In this document: piece after piece, positions 52,291-64,000 of the stretch | How the letters are laid out: the number at the start of each line of letters is the position of its first letter | How positions within the stretch are numbered: position 1 is the first letter of the stretch | Assembly (NCBI RefSeq): GCF_009834535.1 | Contig: NC_045696.1 | Location: 38,256,001 to 38,320,000, forward strand | DNA length: 64,000 nucleotides | From: Camelus ferus | Lineage: Eukaryota | Direction: 5' to 3' | Program-made: the position numbers and the translations under genes | The notes under the pieces: generated by a model | What the model was told of the DNA's origin: nothing | Seen by the model: the letters and a program-made list of their open reading frames with translations, nothing else | Database searches by the model: none

Positions 52291-53179
52291 TTAATAAAAT
52301 CGCATCTTTTGATGGGAATTTCTAGGTTATATCATAAATTGGTTCCTTTATGAGAACAGAAAACAATGCAGTGGGTAGATTATAAATGCAAATTTGGTGT
52401 TATAGTCCTTACATTTATAGCAATTAATAGAAGAGATCTCTGTGACTTGAGATAGTCATGAAAAGTAGTATGGACTCTATGGAGGAAGAAAGATAGGAAT
52501 TAAAGAGAAGAGTTCCTACTGTTTCTCAGCGACCTAAGAAAATGTGATTTACTTGGTTTGAGCTAAGGGCAGGGGAGGTGCATAGGCCTGATGCTGACAG
52601 CCAGGGCTCTTGGAAAACTTAATCCTTTCTCATCATCCATGAGGGGCCCTTATCTCATCGGTCCATGATGCCAGGAGGAGACCATCATCATTTAGCATTC
52701 CCCAAAACACCTATCCAGACAAGAGGATGAGCTAGTTGTGCTCTGAGGTTTCTGATGAATGGCCTGATAAGCACCATGAGGACCGTGACTGGCACATTAG
52801 ATAGATAATGTTTTCTAAACTTACTGTTACCCAGTATCAGGGTTAGTATTTGAATTTCAGTATTTTGTGTATTTTTCTACAGCTTATGTTTTTCCACCAT
52901 ACCATGTAACTTAGATTTGCCCCACTTTGTTGTATGCTAATCACATAGTTATTTTTTCAATGAGAAATTATGTTTGAAAATTCAATTTAGTATTTTTATT
53001 ATTGAAAAATAAAGTGTAAGATTTACATTTCTAATTGTTAAATCACTATTGAAAAGTTGTATTTGGAAATTCATTTTAGTATTTATATTATTAAAAATTA
53101 CAAATCAATTATTAGAATTACATTTACTTCTAATTTAAATACTCATCTTATGTATCTTCTTTCATCCAGTGAGGAAGCG

Positions 53180-53460
53180 ATTTTAAAATTGCTTTAAAAA
53201 ATTACAGAAATGGTATGTGCTGGTGATAAAATACTCAATTAATACCAGAGTCCATGGAGCAAAATGTGAGTTTCTAGCTCTGCTTCCTTTCTTAGTGTTA
53301 CCTGCTATTAAAACTCATATCTATCTTTCCAGGCCTTTTTTTTTTTTTTTAAGTAAAAATGGTCCAGTTCTATACCTTTTTATGCAGATTTCTTTTATCT
53401 CACTTACCTGTATGTCGTGGGCAACCTTCTATATCAGCACGTGCTGATCTGTCTCATACT
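53180..53460 (-). mobile_element. L1ME-like 3'UTR, continues at ~54290-54530
   Basis: aaaaatggtccagttctatac...tcacttac...ttctatatcagcacgtg; resumes ctattgtaggcattt...cctcagtaaacattcttgtgc. Confidence 0.55.
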
Positions 53461-53464
53461 TGCC

Positions 53465-54282
53465 ATTCCCTCTTTCTCTTACACCTCATATTCCAAATCA
53501 TTAGTAAGGCCTAACAGGCCAACCTGAAAATATATCTGGAATGATTGCATTTCCTGCTGCTATCCTGTTCCAAACTTTATCTCCTCTCACTTGACTATTT
53601 CAATAGCATCTTAACTGCTGTCTCTTCCTCACTTGCTTTCTGCAGCCTATTATCCCAGACAGCAACCAAAATGACCCACTTAAAATGTAAGCCAGATCTT
53701 GTCATTCTTTCTGACAAAACCTTCCAGTCTTTTGAAATCTTATTAAGGGTAAAAGCCAAAATCCTCACTGCAGCCTGCTTGAGTCTTAGTGATCTTTCCT
53801 CCTCAGCTGTCTCTTTGAACTCAATTCTTAACCACTCCCAACCTTGCACACTGAACTCCAGTCACACTGGCCCCTTGCTGTTTCTCATATAACCTGTGCT
53901 TACTTCCAACTCATGCTCTTTAATCTATTTCCACTTCTTTTAATGCTCTTTCTCCAGATTTCCTCTTGTCTTGCCCCCTCAGTTAAGTTTCAAATATCAC
54001 TTGATTATCTCCCATAAAAGAATACTCCCTCATTCACTTACAGCTCCCTTACCTTACCTCACTTTATTTTTCTCTATGGCACTTTTTACCACTGATACTT
54101 TGTGTGTTTCCTTTAAAATTTATTTTCTTTTAAACAAGCTAACCTATAATGAACTGGGAAAGCAGAGAATTTGTCTTATATTTTTACTGACTTCTGCCCT
54201 AAATAGAACACTGTCTGGCACGTAACAGGTTCTTAAAAATATTTGTTGAATGAATTATTGAATAATTTGAATGATTAATGAG
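53465..54282 (+). mobile_element. L2a-like 3' region
   Basis: ttgactatttcaatagcatcttaactg, aaaatgtaagccagatcttgtcatt, ctccagtcacactggcccc, tagaacactgtctggcacgtaacagg...aatatttgttgaatgaat. Confidence 0.9.
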
Positions 54283-56864
54283 CTATATTAACATCTATAA
54301 CATATTCTAAAATATAGATCAGCTATAATTTATCCATTGACCTATTGTAGGCATTTCATTTGTCTCTAATTCTCACTATTAGAAAAACTCCTCAGTAAAC
54401 ATTCTTGTGCTGTATTTCTGTAGACATATTTCTGAGTAGAAATACTGTAAAAGGGGTATACATTTTAAAATTTGATGTATGTTGACAAGGTGCCTTTCAA
54501 AAAGATGGATCATATATATCTTTCTAATACTGAGTGATTTTATCCATAGGCATGCTGTATATCTTATATTTATTCAGCTTTCCATGTATTTTAATGAGTT
54601 TTATTCATACATGTGAATAGACTTGATTTTTATTCATACCGTTTATGGTTTTTCAATGTCTATACCAGACGTATTTAAAGTATTCCAGGAAACCAGCAGG
54701 AAAACAGTTTTGGTATGAAGAATTTCCACTAAAGTTGTGGAAGTTAGAGTTAGTTCTGTTGATAATTTGCATCGGTACTCCCAGTCTTTTCTGAGCTCAT
54801 TTTTGATAAATTCCAAGATTAATGGCAAAAAAAGAATATATGACCTAAAAAAATATTATGGCAATACATCTATAGAAACAAGAAGAGATTTTAAAAGTAA
54901 AGATTCACATTGATGCTTTTTATTGAATGATCTTTATTTTAACCTTCACAGACAAAATTCAATGACTTAAAAAGATACATAATGAACAACACTCATTTTA
55001 TTATCCATGTCAGTGAATCTGTTTATTCCCACCTTCTCACACATTATGCTAATGACTTTTTAGATGAACGCATTTTAATTAAAAAATAAGAGTCAGTTAA
55101 AAAGTGTTACAAATAGAAGCAAATACAAACTGTGGCTTGTGTGATATAAAATATGCTTTGAAGAAATCAACTGAAGAATCACTTGCTGGTAGCTCTGAGG
55201 GATAAGAATGTTTAAAACAAATGCCTTTTTCATGTTACGTGAATCAGTATTCATTAGGAAATTCAGTAGTAAACATGCCCAGTGTATTCCTAGGCAAATG
55301 TTTCATCAGGTCAGTGTCAAAAACTTGCTAAATGGAAAAAGTCCATGCTGTAAAAAGAACATGAAAAAGCTTAGAACATTATTCAATACATATGAATCTC
55401 TTTACAAGTTTATTCCTAATCCGTTTATATAGAGGTGGCTTAGAGATTGGTAATTGGAAAAAAGTTCTCCCTTTATGTTCTCTGCTGTCTGAGAAGCTTA
55501 TTGGGAAATTGCTAATAAGAGGCACATAGATGATAGGAATTAATTCTGACGAGTGAATCAGAAACTTTAAGCATATGCAGATAGCTGTGACCCGTCGAAC
55601 TGACTAGACTCTCCCTCACCTAGCATAATTCAAATGGATACAGATAATGTACTTACCCCAAAGCTGGAAAAGAACTATCAGGTTTTTAAGGTTCTGGGAG
55701 GAAATCTAGTGGACTCTATTGGCATTATCATTCCTTTTAGTTGAATGTTATAACTTTGGAATTAAATTATGTGAAGTAAACACTGGTTACAGAGCTTAGA
55801 ATTCCATAAATAGAGATACCTGGAAGCCAGAAGACACATTTTACAAATGGATGAATGAGTGAATTTGGCAGGAAAATTAAGGCATTAAAATGAAATTTAA
55901 CAAAAAGGGAGGAAAACATTGTCCAGATAATACCACAAACCCAGTACAGAAGAGAAGATAAAAGATATAGAAAATCTGAATCACAGTGATGGGAAAAATA
56001 CAATTGAATGAAGTAAAATACTTACGGACTTAGCTTAAGCATATTGAACAGAGCAGGAATAATGTGCAGAGTGATCTGGAAAATAACAGAAAGTCATTGA
56101 AAGGGATTTGGGTAGAAGTAATATGATGGCACTAGTAGGTCAAAACATAGCACCCAGAATGAAGGGAAATCTGTGAAGTTGCAGGGTGTTTGCAGAAATA
56201 ACTGTTCACAATATTGGAAGGCTAAGGACATTGCCATATTACAGATGTCCTCAATTTAATTTAGAAAATTTGAACCAAATAAAGATATAAAATGGGGCCT
56301 CTAAATATCTGGAAATACTTTCATATATGCAGAAGCATGCTTTAATTAATCACTTTTAATGAAACTTTTCTATTTCACTGTAAAGAATCTGTAATTGGGA
56401 AGATATTTCAGACTTGAGAAACTTGTACCTGCAAAGAATAATAGAAGTTACTAAATTTCAGTCATTTATAATTCCTATCAATATAGCACTGAATGGTGTT
56501 ACAAAAATAACGGAATCTTTGGGAGTAATAACCAAGTTATATTAGAATTCTCATTAGTTGAATAAAATTAGGAGGCTGAAAAAAGTAATAATTTAGTTCT
56601 GTTAATTTTTATTTAAGTTCAAGAGACCTATAATTATGTACAATGCATTCAGTCTCCCCCCAAACTGAACTATTAGATCACAAGAAGTAGAGAAAATGTA
56701 GTAAAGCTGTGCCTCATAGCAGCTGGTTCAAAAAAGTCTCTCACATCTCAGCAGGGGGAGCTTATGGGCCTGTATTCTATTGTTCTTCAGTAACATGACT
56801 CAACTCATTGAATATTGGGCTCTTTCTGCATAATCCTTGAAGATTTTTATTTTCACTTTTGCTG

Positions 56865-57060
56865 TTTGCTAATTCTCTGACTTGGGAAGTGAATCACTTG
56901 GGAAGTGATCCAGCTTCCATAAGACTTAGTCGTCCTTATATGTAAGATGTGGATAATATTACCTACTTAATAGGATTTTTATGAGGGCTAAAAGTGATAT
57001 TACATGTAAAACCTTAATGCAGTGGTTATACTCATTCAATGAATACTGTTAATAATATTG
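56865..57060 (+). mobile_element. MIR SINE with a small internal duplication (acttgggaagtga twice)
   Basis: tgtaagatgtggataatattacctacttaataggatttttatgaggg...tacatgtaaaacctta. Confidence 0.75.
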
Positions 57061-57269
57061 ACCAGTACTGTAATATTGGTAATGCTACTTCTTTGAATGA
57101 TTAAGATTTACATGTACTGGCTTTTTCCTTGGCATATTTACTATATATGTGTGTTGGAGGGAGAGATGGTTGATAATGAGATATCATGAAGTACACATTT
57201 GTTATTTCTGTTGCTAAAACTCAGTCTTCATAATCATTTTGGTGACTCTCCCCCAATAATTGTCTTACT

Positions 57270-57830
57270 TTTATTTTTAAAGGTTCACCTTTGCTCCACT
57301 GTGATCACTAAATGGATCATGAGTAGGAGGACTGAAAACAAGAAGACTAGTTGGATGGCAGTTGTAATAGTACTAATAATAGATGATTGTTTGAATTAAG
57401 TTGTTAGCAACACAGATGGAGAAAACATTGATGTGTGTTGATATGTTTGTGAAGTAAAGCTTATACAACTAGCTGTTGAATTATATGTTAGATATGATGG
57501 AAAAATAAGGGAAGGATACTCCTAGACTATTGTCTTGACTATCTGGTAGATTGTTGGTTGCATTTACTAGGATGGGTAAGACTAGCAGAGGAGCAGAAGG
57601 GTAGAGGATGAGAATCAAGAGTTCTGTTTCAACCATGTTTTGTGATACCTATAAAACAGCTAAGTAAATATTTCAAAAAAGACTGCTGTATATATGAGAT
57701 TGGAGTTCAGTGAAGAGGTCAGGACTCTAGATACAATTTTGGACATTTTGGTAAAAGTTTGATATTTAAAATCATCAGTCTGATTGGGATCACCTAGTAA
57801 AACAATGTAGCCTTAAAAAAATAGTGGGAC
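57270..57830 (-). mobile_element. L2 fragment
   Basis: gaatcaagagttctgtttcaaccatgtt...gtgatacctat...ggagttcagtgaagaggtcaggact...gggatcacctag. Confidence 0.8.
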
Positions 57831-58109
57831 TAACTCATGGTTTTAGTTATTCCCAGAATCCTTCCTTCATAAGCTTGATTTCAACATTGCTTTCATGGTT
57901 TTTATAATCACTCTGTATAATAAACTTTCAGGTTTAGTTCCAAATGCTAACTGGTCCTCCCACCTCCACTCCATTTGCATCCCATGTTTATTTGTTCACA
58001 TTTCTGAAAAGGAATATTTGATTTTACCCACTTCCTGACCATTAAGTTAGAGGCTTACTGCCATTCACTAACCTAGATGATTTTCCTCTAGATTACAAAC
58101 CAATATTTT

Positions 58110-58310
58110 CAATATATACTCCATATTAGATATTATGCTATGCATTGTACATGTGTTATCTCATAAAATGATTGAAATGGTCTATGGAAAGAAAGGTACT
58201 TTTAATTTTATTTCTTTGATTATGAATTGAAGATCAAAATAAATCTCCCAGATCACATAGTTTGTAAATTATGGATTTGAAGACAAGCATGCATAGCTCC
58301 AAAGTCTAAA
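58110..58310 (-). mobile_element. MIR fragment
   Basis: tatgctatgcattgtacatgtgttatctcat...cccagatcacatagtttgtaaat...ggatttgaa...ctccaaagtc. Confidence 0.6.
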
Positions 58311-58654
58311 TTTAAGAAAAAGTTATAAGGATTTAAGCCCTGAATTGCTTGACACCATGTTTACCTTTATATGAACAAACTTCATATACTGTAAGGCAGA
58401 CAAAAGTCAATAAACAAACACTAGAGAATAAGACTGAAATTTCTAACAACGTTTGAGTTTTGGAATCCTTTTTTTTCCTGTGACTGACTTCATCCCTTCC
58501 TTTTCTGAGGTACAGTAGAAACCAGTAAATTCTACCTTTTACTTAAGATTGTTCAATTTGCACATGGACTGTCTTAAATAATACAACCATGATGCACAAC
58601 AGAGAAAGGAATGAATATTATTATTTGACACATTTATTAATATGTTATATAATT

Positions 58655-58873
58655 AATAGATATAATTCGCATATTATAAAATTCATTGACTTAAAGTGTA
58701 TAATTCAGTGACTTTAGTGTATTTAGAATTGTGAAACCATCACCATAAAATTTAGAAAGTATCCCCCAATGCTGTGGTGTACTCATTAGCAATCCTTACC
58801 CAGAGCCCCACCATCCACCTCAACTACACTAAACTCCAGTAGGCAAGCATTAATCTACTTTTTACCTCTATAG
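58655..58873 (-). mobile_element. L1MB-like 3' terminus
   Basis: atataattcgcatattataaaattca...ttaaagtgtataattcagtg...ggcaagcattaatctactttt...ctctataga. Confidence 0.8.
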
Positions 58874-58879
58874 AGGTCT

Positions 58880-60024
58880 GGGATAATGACTTCATTATCA
58901 GTACTGATGGCTCCTGGTCTTGAAAATCTTTGGTTTTGTAGGTCCAGCAGTACCTTCATTTATTTCTTATCATGTTATTTCTGGGACTGTCATGTCTGTT
59001 AGACAGTGCCACACATCCTGGTGTGTCAGTACCTCCTGGTTGCCATTCAAGCTTGGCTGCCCATTTTTGCATTTAGAACAGTTACGTTCACCTTCACTCT
59101 TACATTTAAGTGTCATCATCTGGCTTCTGCTGTTCTGAAATCCCATCATTCTTACTGAAACTAGGAAACCAGTTTCATAAGCAGACCCCTAACTCTACCC
59201 TTTATTTGATCAATAATCACTTTCCTCCCAATAAAGGGAGAGTACTGCCACTGTTGGATTTTACTGAGAATTGACGATAGCTGTAGCCTAGAAGCTTGAC
59301 TGAGGTGGAGAGAGAGATCTTGAGGAGGGCAGGCTTTGTCTTGCCAAATATCTACTTGAGAGTAGGCCACTGCATGTCCCCCAAGCAAAGGGAGTCTGTT
59401 GTCTTCTAGAAAGGGTGAATGAACCATTTCTACAGGCCCATAGATTTTAGGGATATCTGGGGATTCAAGTTCTCAAGTACATTCATCCATCTCTGTTCTA
59501 GGGCATAGAAACTTCCCTGTCCATGCCTGACTTGTAAGAGATATGACAAGGCTGTGAATTCATCCTTCTCTGCAGTTTGGTTCCTAGCACAGTCAGGTCC
59601 TGAGCTTGGTTTGCATCCCTGATGCCTTTTGGCTGCAGAAGACTAATGTCTCTATAAATGCTATTTTTTTTTAAAAAGCCTTTTATTTCGCACCATGTTG
59701 GCTGTTGGAGTTGGGTGTTTGTGAGTTCAGTATGTCATTTTTCTTCCTTCAATGCATTGATGGCATTTAACAGTAACCATTGTCCTTATAATTACCTCTG
59801 CTTTGCATCTTTTTCAAATTCTAGAGATATTATGTAAACCAATGCAACCTTTCTACCTTATGAAAACCCAGTTCACCTCAGTTAAGAATGGCAGTAATTG
59901 AGATACTTCAGAATGCCGGAGGGTATCACTACTCACTCCCAGCAGTGGCATTCTTGTTGCTGTTTGGCTAGTGAGTAATCCACTTACTAGGCTACCTGCT
60001 TCCTTGAATCATTTTTTGTACCAA
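58880..60024 (-). mobile_element. ERVL-class internal sequence adjoining an LTR16-like LTR
   Basis: Directly abuts the LTR at tttgtaccaa, a typical ERVL LTR-internal junction; gccattcaagcttggctgcc and gtcatcatctggcttctg resemble decayed ERVL internal sequence. Confidence 0.55.
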
Positions 60025-60442
60025 CTGACTTGGTTGCAGTTCCCCTGTGAGCTGATGCTGAGATAACAATTTGAATTTTTACAGTTTATTTGGTAGCTGC
60101 AGGCAGCATGGATCAGGGAAGAAAAGTGATACAGAAAAAGGATGGCAGCAATAAAGGGGGCTTTATTAAGCTAGTTAATATCGCACATAACTGGAGGTTA
60201 ATCCCACCAGGACATTCAGGGAAATGGTATAAAACACATGTCTGATATACTAAATTCCATGAGTTACTTGTGAAGGGCTTCTCCTCTAGGAATAATAATT
60301 CCTTAGCATTTTAACCAATGTGTACACAGACAAAGACTTCTGCAGTTTTGTGAAATAAAATGACAGCCCTCATGCACAGAGTTGTTAAATCATCCTCAAA
60401 GATCAGATGAATTAGGCAGACGTACTGACAACGTCTGCTACA
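60025..60442 (-). mobile_element. LTR16-like ERVL LTR
   Basis: ttggttgcagttcccc...gatgctgagataa...agtttatttgg...gcaataaagggggctttattaagctagtt...gttaatcccacc...gtctgctaca. Confidence 0.75.
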
Positions 60443-61384
60443 GGGAAGAAATGAAATGAAAGTTAATTAATGTCAGACCATGGAGGAAATTGAATGCCAT
60501 TCAAGGAAGAATTTAGCATTGATTGTCTCTTGAGCAAGAAAGTTACACTGAAGTGGCGTATAGTGTAAACTGGGGAACAGAGACTGAATTGGGTAGTGCA
60601 GTGAAAGGGGAAATATAACATGATGATCTTCCTTCTGTTTTCAGTTCTGATCAGGACCTGCTTCCAGTCCTAATACTAAATCCATTTTCAGTAGGATTAC
60701 CTGTGTCTAAGTGTACTTCAACAATATTTTAGATCAAAAAGAGCGCAATCTCAAAAGAATTAGGAATTTAGTAAGAATGCAGGCAGCTGTTCCCGAGATT
60801 ACTTTTCTGTATTCCATTGTGAAGATTCACAGAAAATTTCCCCCTTAGTTTTCAGTTGAAATATTTTGTTTTAGCTAAAGCAAATCAGCCTCAGTCTGGC
60901 AGAAGCAGCTGTGTGTAGAGAGGAGCAGCATGGTCCATGCCTGTGTTTCCTAGGCCATTGCACTTGTTCACTCACCTACATGTGCCCTTTGAATCCATTT
61001 AGTAATTTGTCATTCCCAGTAGTGATTTGCCAAAGACAAAGGGCAGAAACTAGATACATAAGAAGAAAACAAATGATAAAGGAGGAGGCATTGGGGGGGA
61101 ATTTTCAGAATAATTTGAAACTCACTTAGAAACAGAAGAGTAAAAACTAAGAAAATGTCTTCATACCTTAATCACTAATCTAGTAATAGCTGCATCAATT
61201 TGTCATCTCCACGTAGAACACCAACAGGCAGATTCAAGTTAGGCTAACTCACCCATTCACACAAACTTTAATCCCTTACAAGCCCTTGGCCACTTGGACT
61301 ATTTCTGAGATTCATATTAAATAATTCTCTATTTCCCAATTTTCCAAATTTGAGGACTTTGTTCCTGGGGCCACTAGAGGTTAG

Positions 61385-61478
61385 CTTTCTTCTCCTCCTT
61401 CTCCACCTTCCCCTCCTTCCCCTTCTTCCTTCTTCCTTCTTCCCCCTTCTTCCTTCTTCTCCTCCTCCTCCTCCCCCC
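61385..61478. repeat. Polypyrimidine (CTT/CCT) low-complexity tract
   Basis: About 94 nt of C/T with a single A. Confidence 0.92.
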
Positions 61479-62089
61479 GGAGATATTCTCTACCAGTATT
61501 CACAACTTACTGCAGCGATCCAGTGAAAACACTTCTGTATTGTGCAGCAGACTGACAGACATGCTTAGGTGTTTCTGTGTCCACCTTGGAGACAATTTAA
61601 GTTCATTTCCAGAAAACTCATCATCTGTCATGCAGTAGTGTTCTCTCTCTTGTCTCCCTTCTTTAAACAGAAGTGAAGAGATGTGTCGAAACATCAAATA
61701 GTGGGGAAAAAATACTGTGGTTTATACTGTGATCTCTCTTACACATGTTTATATAAAGAGAAAAACATCTGTGGTAATCAGTATATGAAATCCTCTAGCT
61801 TTGGGCAAATAACAACATATCCTCAAGATACTACAGACTTGTTCCCCAGTTTGCCAAGATTAGGAGGAATCAGACTTTTCATGTGGCTCTCTCCCCAGTC
61901 TCCAAATTCCTAGGAGGGCTTATTCATGTATAAGAAGTGAAATCTAGTTAATCTTTTCATTTTCTGGAAGAGAAGTGCCTCTAGAGGCTGGAAGAACCAA
62001 TCATGGCTGCCTCTTAATTCTGGCTGCTTAGTTCAATGCAACATTATCATCATTAGTCTATAGAGGTCCTCTCTTGCTTTATTTATTTA

Positions 62090-63540
62090 AACTTACTCCC
62101 TATACACATTCCTCTTCTTTTCCATAGACAACTATTCTGTTGAATTTGAGGTGAAAACCTTTCATTGTTATATGTTTTTAGACAATGTAAATTGTCTTAC
62201 AGATGTTATTTTTGGTTTTCATAAATGATACTGTACCATAGATTTCATTTTGTTCCTTACTATTTTTTCATCAGCCCTATGTTGTAAAATCTTTATTTGT
62301 TGTTGAGAGTTCATCTACTCTTTCAGTACTGACTGCTAAGAAGGTAGTATTTTGCTGTTTGGTTTCACTACAGTTCACTTACCTGCAGTGATTACATCCA
62401 ACTTCCAGATACCATAAATCATGCTATGATGAGATACTTATACATTTCCAGTTATAGGCCTGATGAGTATTGCTCTAGGGTTTACATATATGTGAGTGTG
62501 TGTATAAATGTGCATGTCATAATGTGTATGCATACTTAAGTACCAGAAGATTGCTCCCTATAAGCTGCAAGTGTCTGCTTTCTCATCAACAATGAATAAA
62601 ATGTTGTACTTACCTCTATCTTGGCAATACTTGAAGATAAAGTTTTTTCAATTTGTCAATCTTAATGAGTCTAAAATTTTATTCCAGTGCTGTTTCAGTT
62701 TCTTTAAGTTTTAATGAGTTTGTGAGTATTTTCATATTCTTCTTGGTATTATCCTATATCCTTGTGTATTTTTTTGAGTTGCTTTTTTTTTATTACTAAT
62801 TTGTAAGAATTCTTCATGTAGTCTAGATATTTTTTCCTTTATAGTGATTAACACTGTAAAAACCATATCCAAATCTGTCATCTGTCAATTTTGTTCATGG
62901 TCTCCTTTGTTGAGTAGAAATTCTTATTTTTATATTATCAAATTAATCAGTTTTTCACTTTATATTTTGTATTTCATCTTATTGTTCAAGAAGTTTTTCC
63001 CCAGTCCTAGATCACAAAGATATTTGTTTACACTATATAGTAACTTTATAGTTTAACCTTTCACATTTAGGTCAGTTGCCTTTGGGGATCAACCTTCTTA
63101 TAAGGGATTATATAGAAATACAGTTTTGTTTTCGTTTATATAGTGAGCCAGTTTATCTACTGAACAGCCCATCAATTGCACTATGATTTTGTATATACTG
63201 ATTATTTGATGTTTACTTTCCTATAAACATGGTCTATCTTTGAACTCTGTATTCTGTTTTATGATCCATTTGCCTCTTTTGTGCTAGTGTACAAGACTTT
63301 ATTACTGTGGAATTATAGTATATTGTAATATCAATAGGGCATCATTCTGGGACCTTTTTAAAAATGATTTACCTATTCTTGAAATGTTATCTTTTCCTAT
63401 ACTTTTTAGGATAAGTTTATTAAGTTTCTTAAAAATATTGAGCTGGTATTTATATTAGAATTGATTTAAATTATAGATAAATGTGGGTAAAATGGACATA
63501 TTTATAGGAAGTATCCCATCAGTATTACAGTATCCCATCC
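62090..63540 (-). mobile_element. Old L1 (L1ME-like) 3'UTR and ORF2 end
   Basis: ttctcatcaacaatgaata, aattcttcatgtagtctagata, ccagtcctagatcacaaagatatt, cttttcctatatacttttaggataagttt, ggtaaaatggacatattta. Confidence 0.8.
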
Positions 63541-63627
63541 AGAGTGTCACAATGTGCTTCCAGTTGTTCAGAATTTCTTTTGATACACTTACGGGGAGCC
63601 AGCTGGCAAAGCAAAAATGTGGCTCAC

Positions 63628-64000
63628 GTTTGTATTTCTTCCTTGGAGAATTGCTTGTTTAGGTCTTCTGCCCATTTTTGGATTAGGTTGTTTGTTTCTT
63701 TCTTATTATGTCGTATGAGCTGCTTATATATTCTGGAGATCAAGCCTTTGTCGGTTTCATCATTTGCAAAAATTTTCTCTCATTCCGTAGGTTGTCGTTT
63801 TGTTTTACTTATGGTTTCCTTTGCTGTGCAGAAGCTAGTAAGTTTCATTAGGTCCCATTTGTTTATTCTTGCTTTTATTTCTGTTGCTTGGGTAGACTGC
63901 CCTAGGAGAACATTTTTAAGATGTAAGTGAGATAATATTTTGCCTATATTTTCTTCTAGGTTTATTGTATTTTGTCTTATGTTTAAGTCTTTGATCCATT
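63628..64000 (-). mobile_element. Young (camelid-type) L1 ORF2 3' segment, running off the window end
   Basis: ttggagaattgcttgtttaggtcttctgccc...gtttcctttgctgtgcagaagct...gggtagactgccctaggagaacattt; retains CpGs, so relatively young. Confidence 0.92.

Noticed and set aside
53170..53212. Exon candidate ending ATG|gtatgt
   Set aside because: Stops in all frames and it overlaps an old L1 3' end.
63544..63930. 128-aa plus-strand ORF
   Set aside because: Mostly the antisense reading of L1 ORF2 and starts at a non-ATG codon.
1..64000. Nested antisense single-exon gene or prokaryote-style system (defence island, CRISPR, operon)
   Set aside because: No ORF above 130 aa, none with recognisable non-transposon homology, no CpG island, and the sequence is plainly mammalian repeat-rich DNA. 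Very small exons or peptides could still be missed by eye.

Overview
AT-rich, CpG-depleted mammalian non-coding DNA, with no prokaryotic features and no protein-coding gene I can support. A tRNA-derived SINE of the camelid Vic-1 type (48.3 kb) and young L1 pieces resembling camelid L1 point to a camelid genome (alpaca, llama or camel); this is recognition from memory, not a database result. Much of the window is decayed interspersed repeats (MIR, L2, old and young L1, MaLR/ERVL LTRs, MER94 and MER2-like DNA transposons) plus microsatellites, separated by repeat-poor AT-rich blocks. Most recognisable L1 and LTR copies lie on the minus strand, which fits a large intron of a plus-strand gene that I cannot name. 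The supplied ORFs are L1 remnants, simple-repeat artefacts or chance ORFs. I did not find a convincing new biological system. The best-supported curiosities are retrotransposition structures (an ORF1-only L1 insertion with a 13-bp target-site duplication, nested insertions, a possibly 5'-inverted L1), a GA/CT inverted repeat and a few weak exon candidates. Repeat boundaries were read by eye (roughly +/-20-50 bp unless a TSD is given) and subfamily names are tentative.
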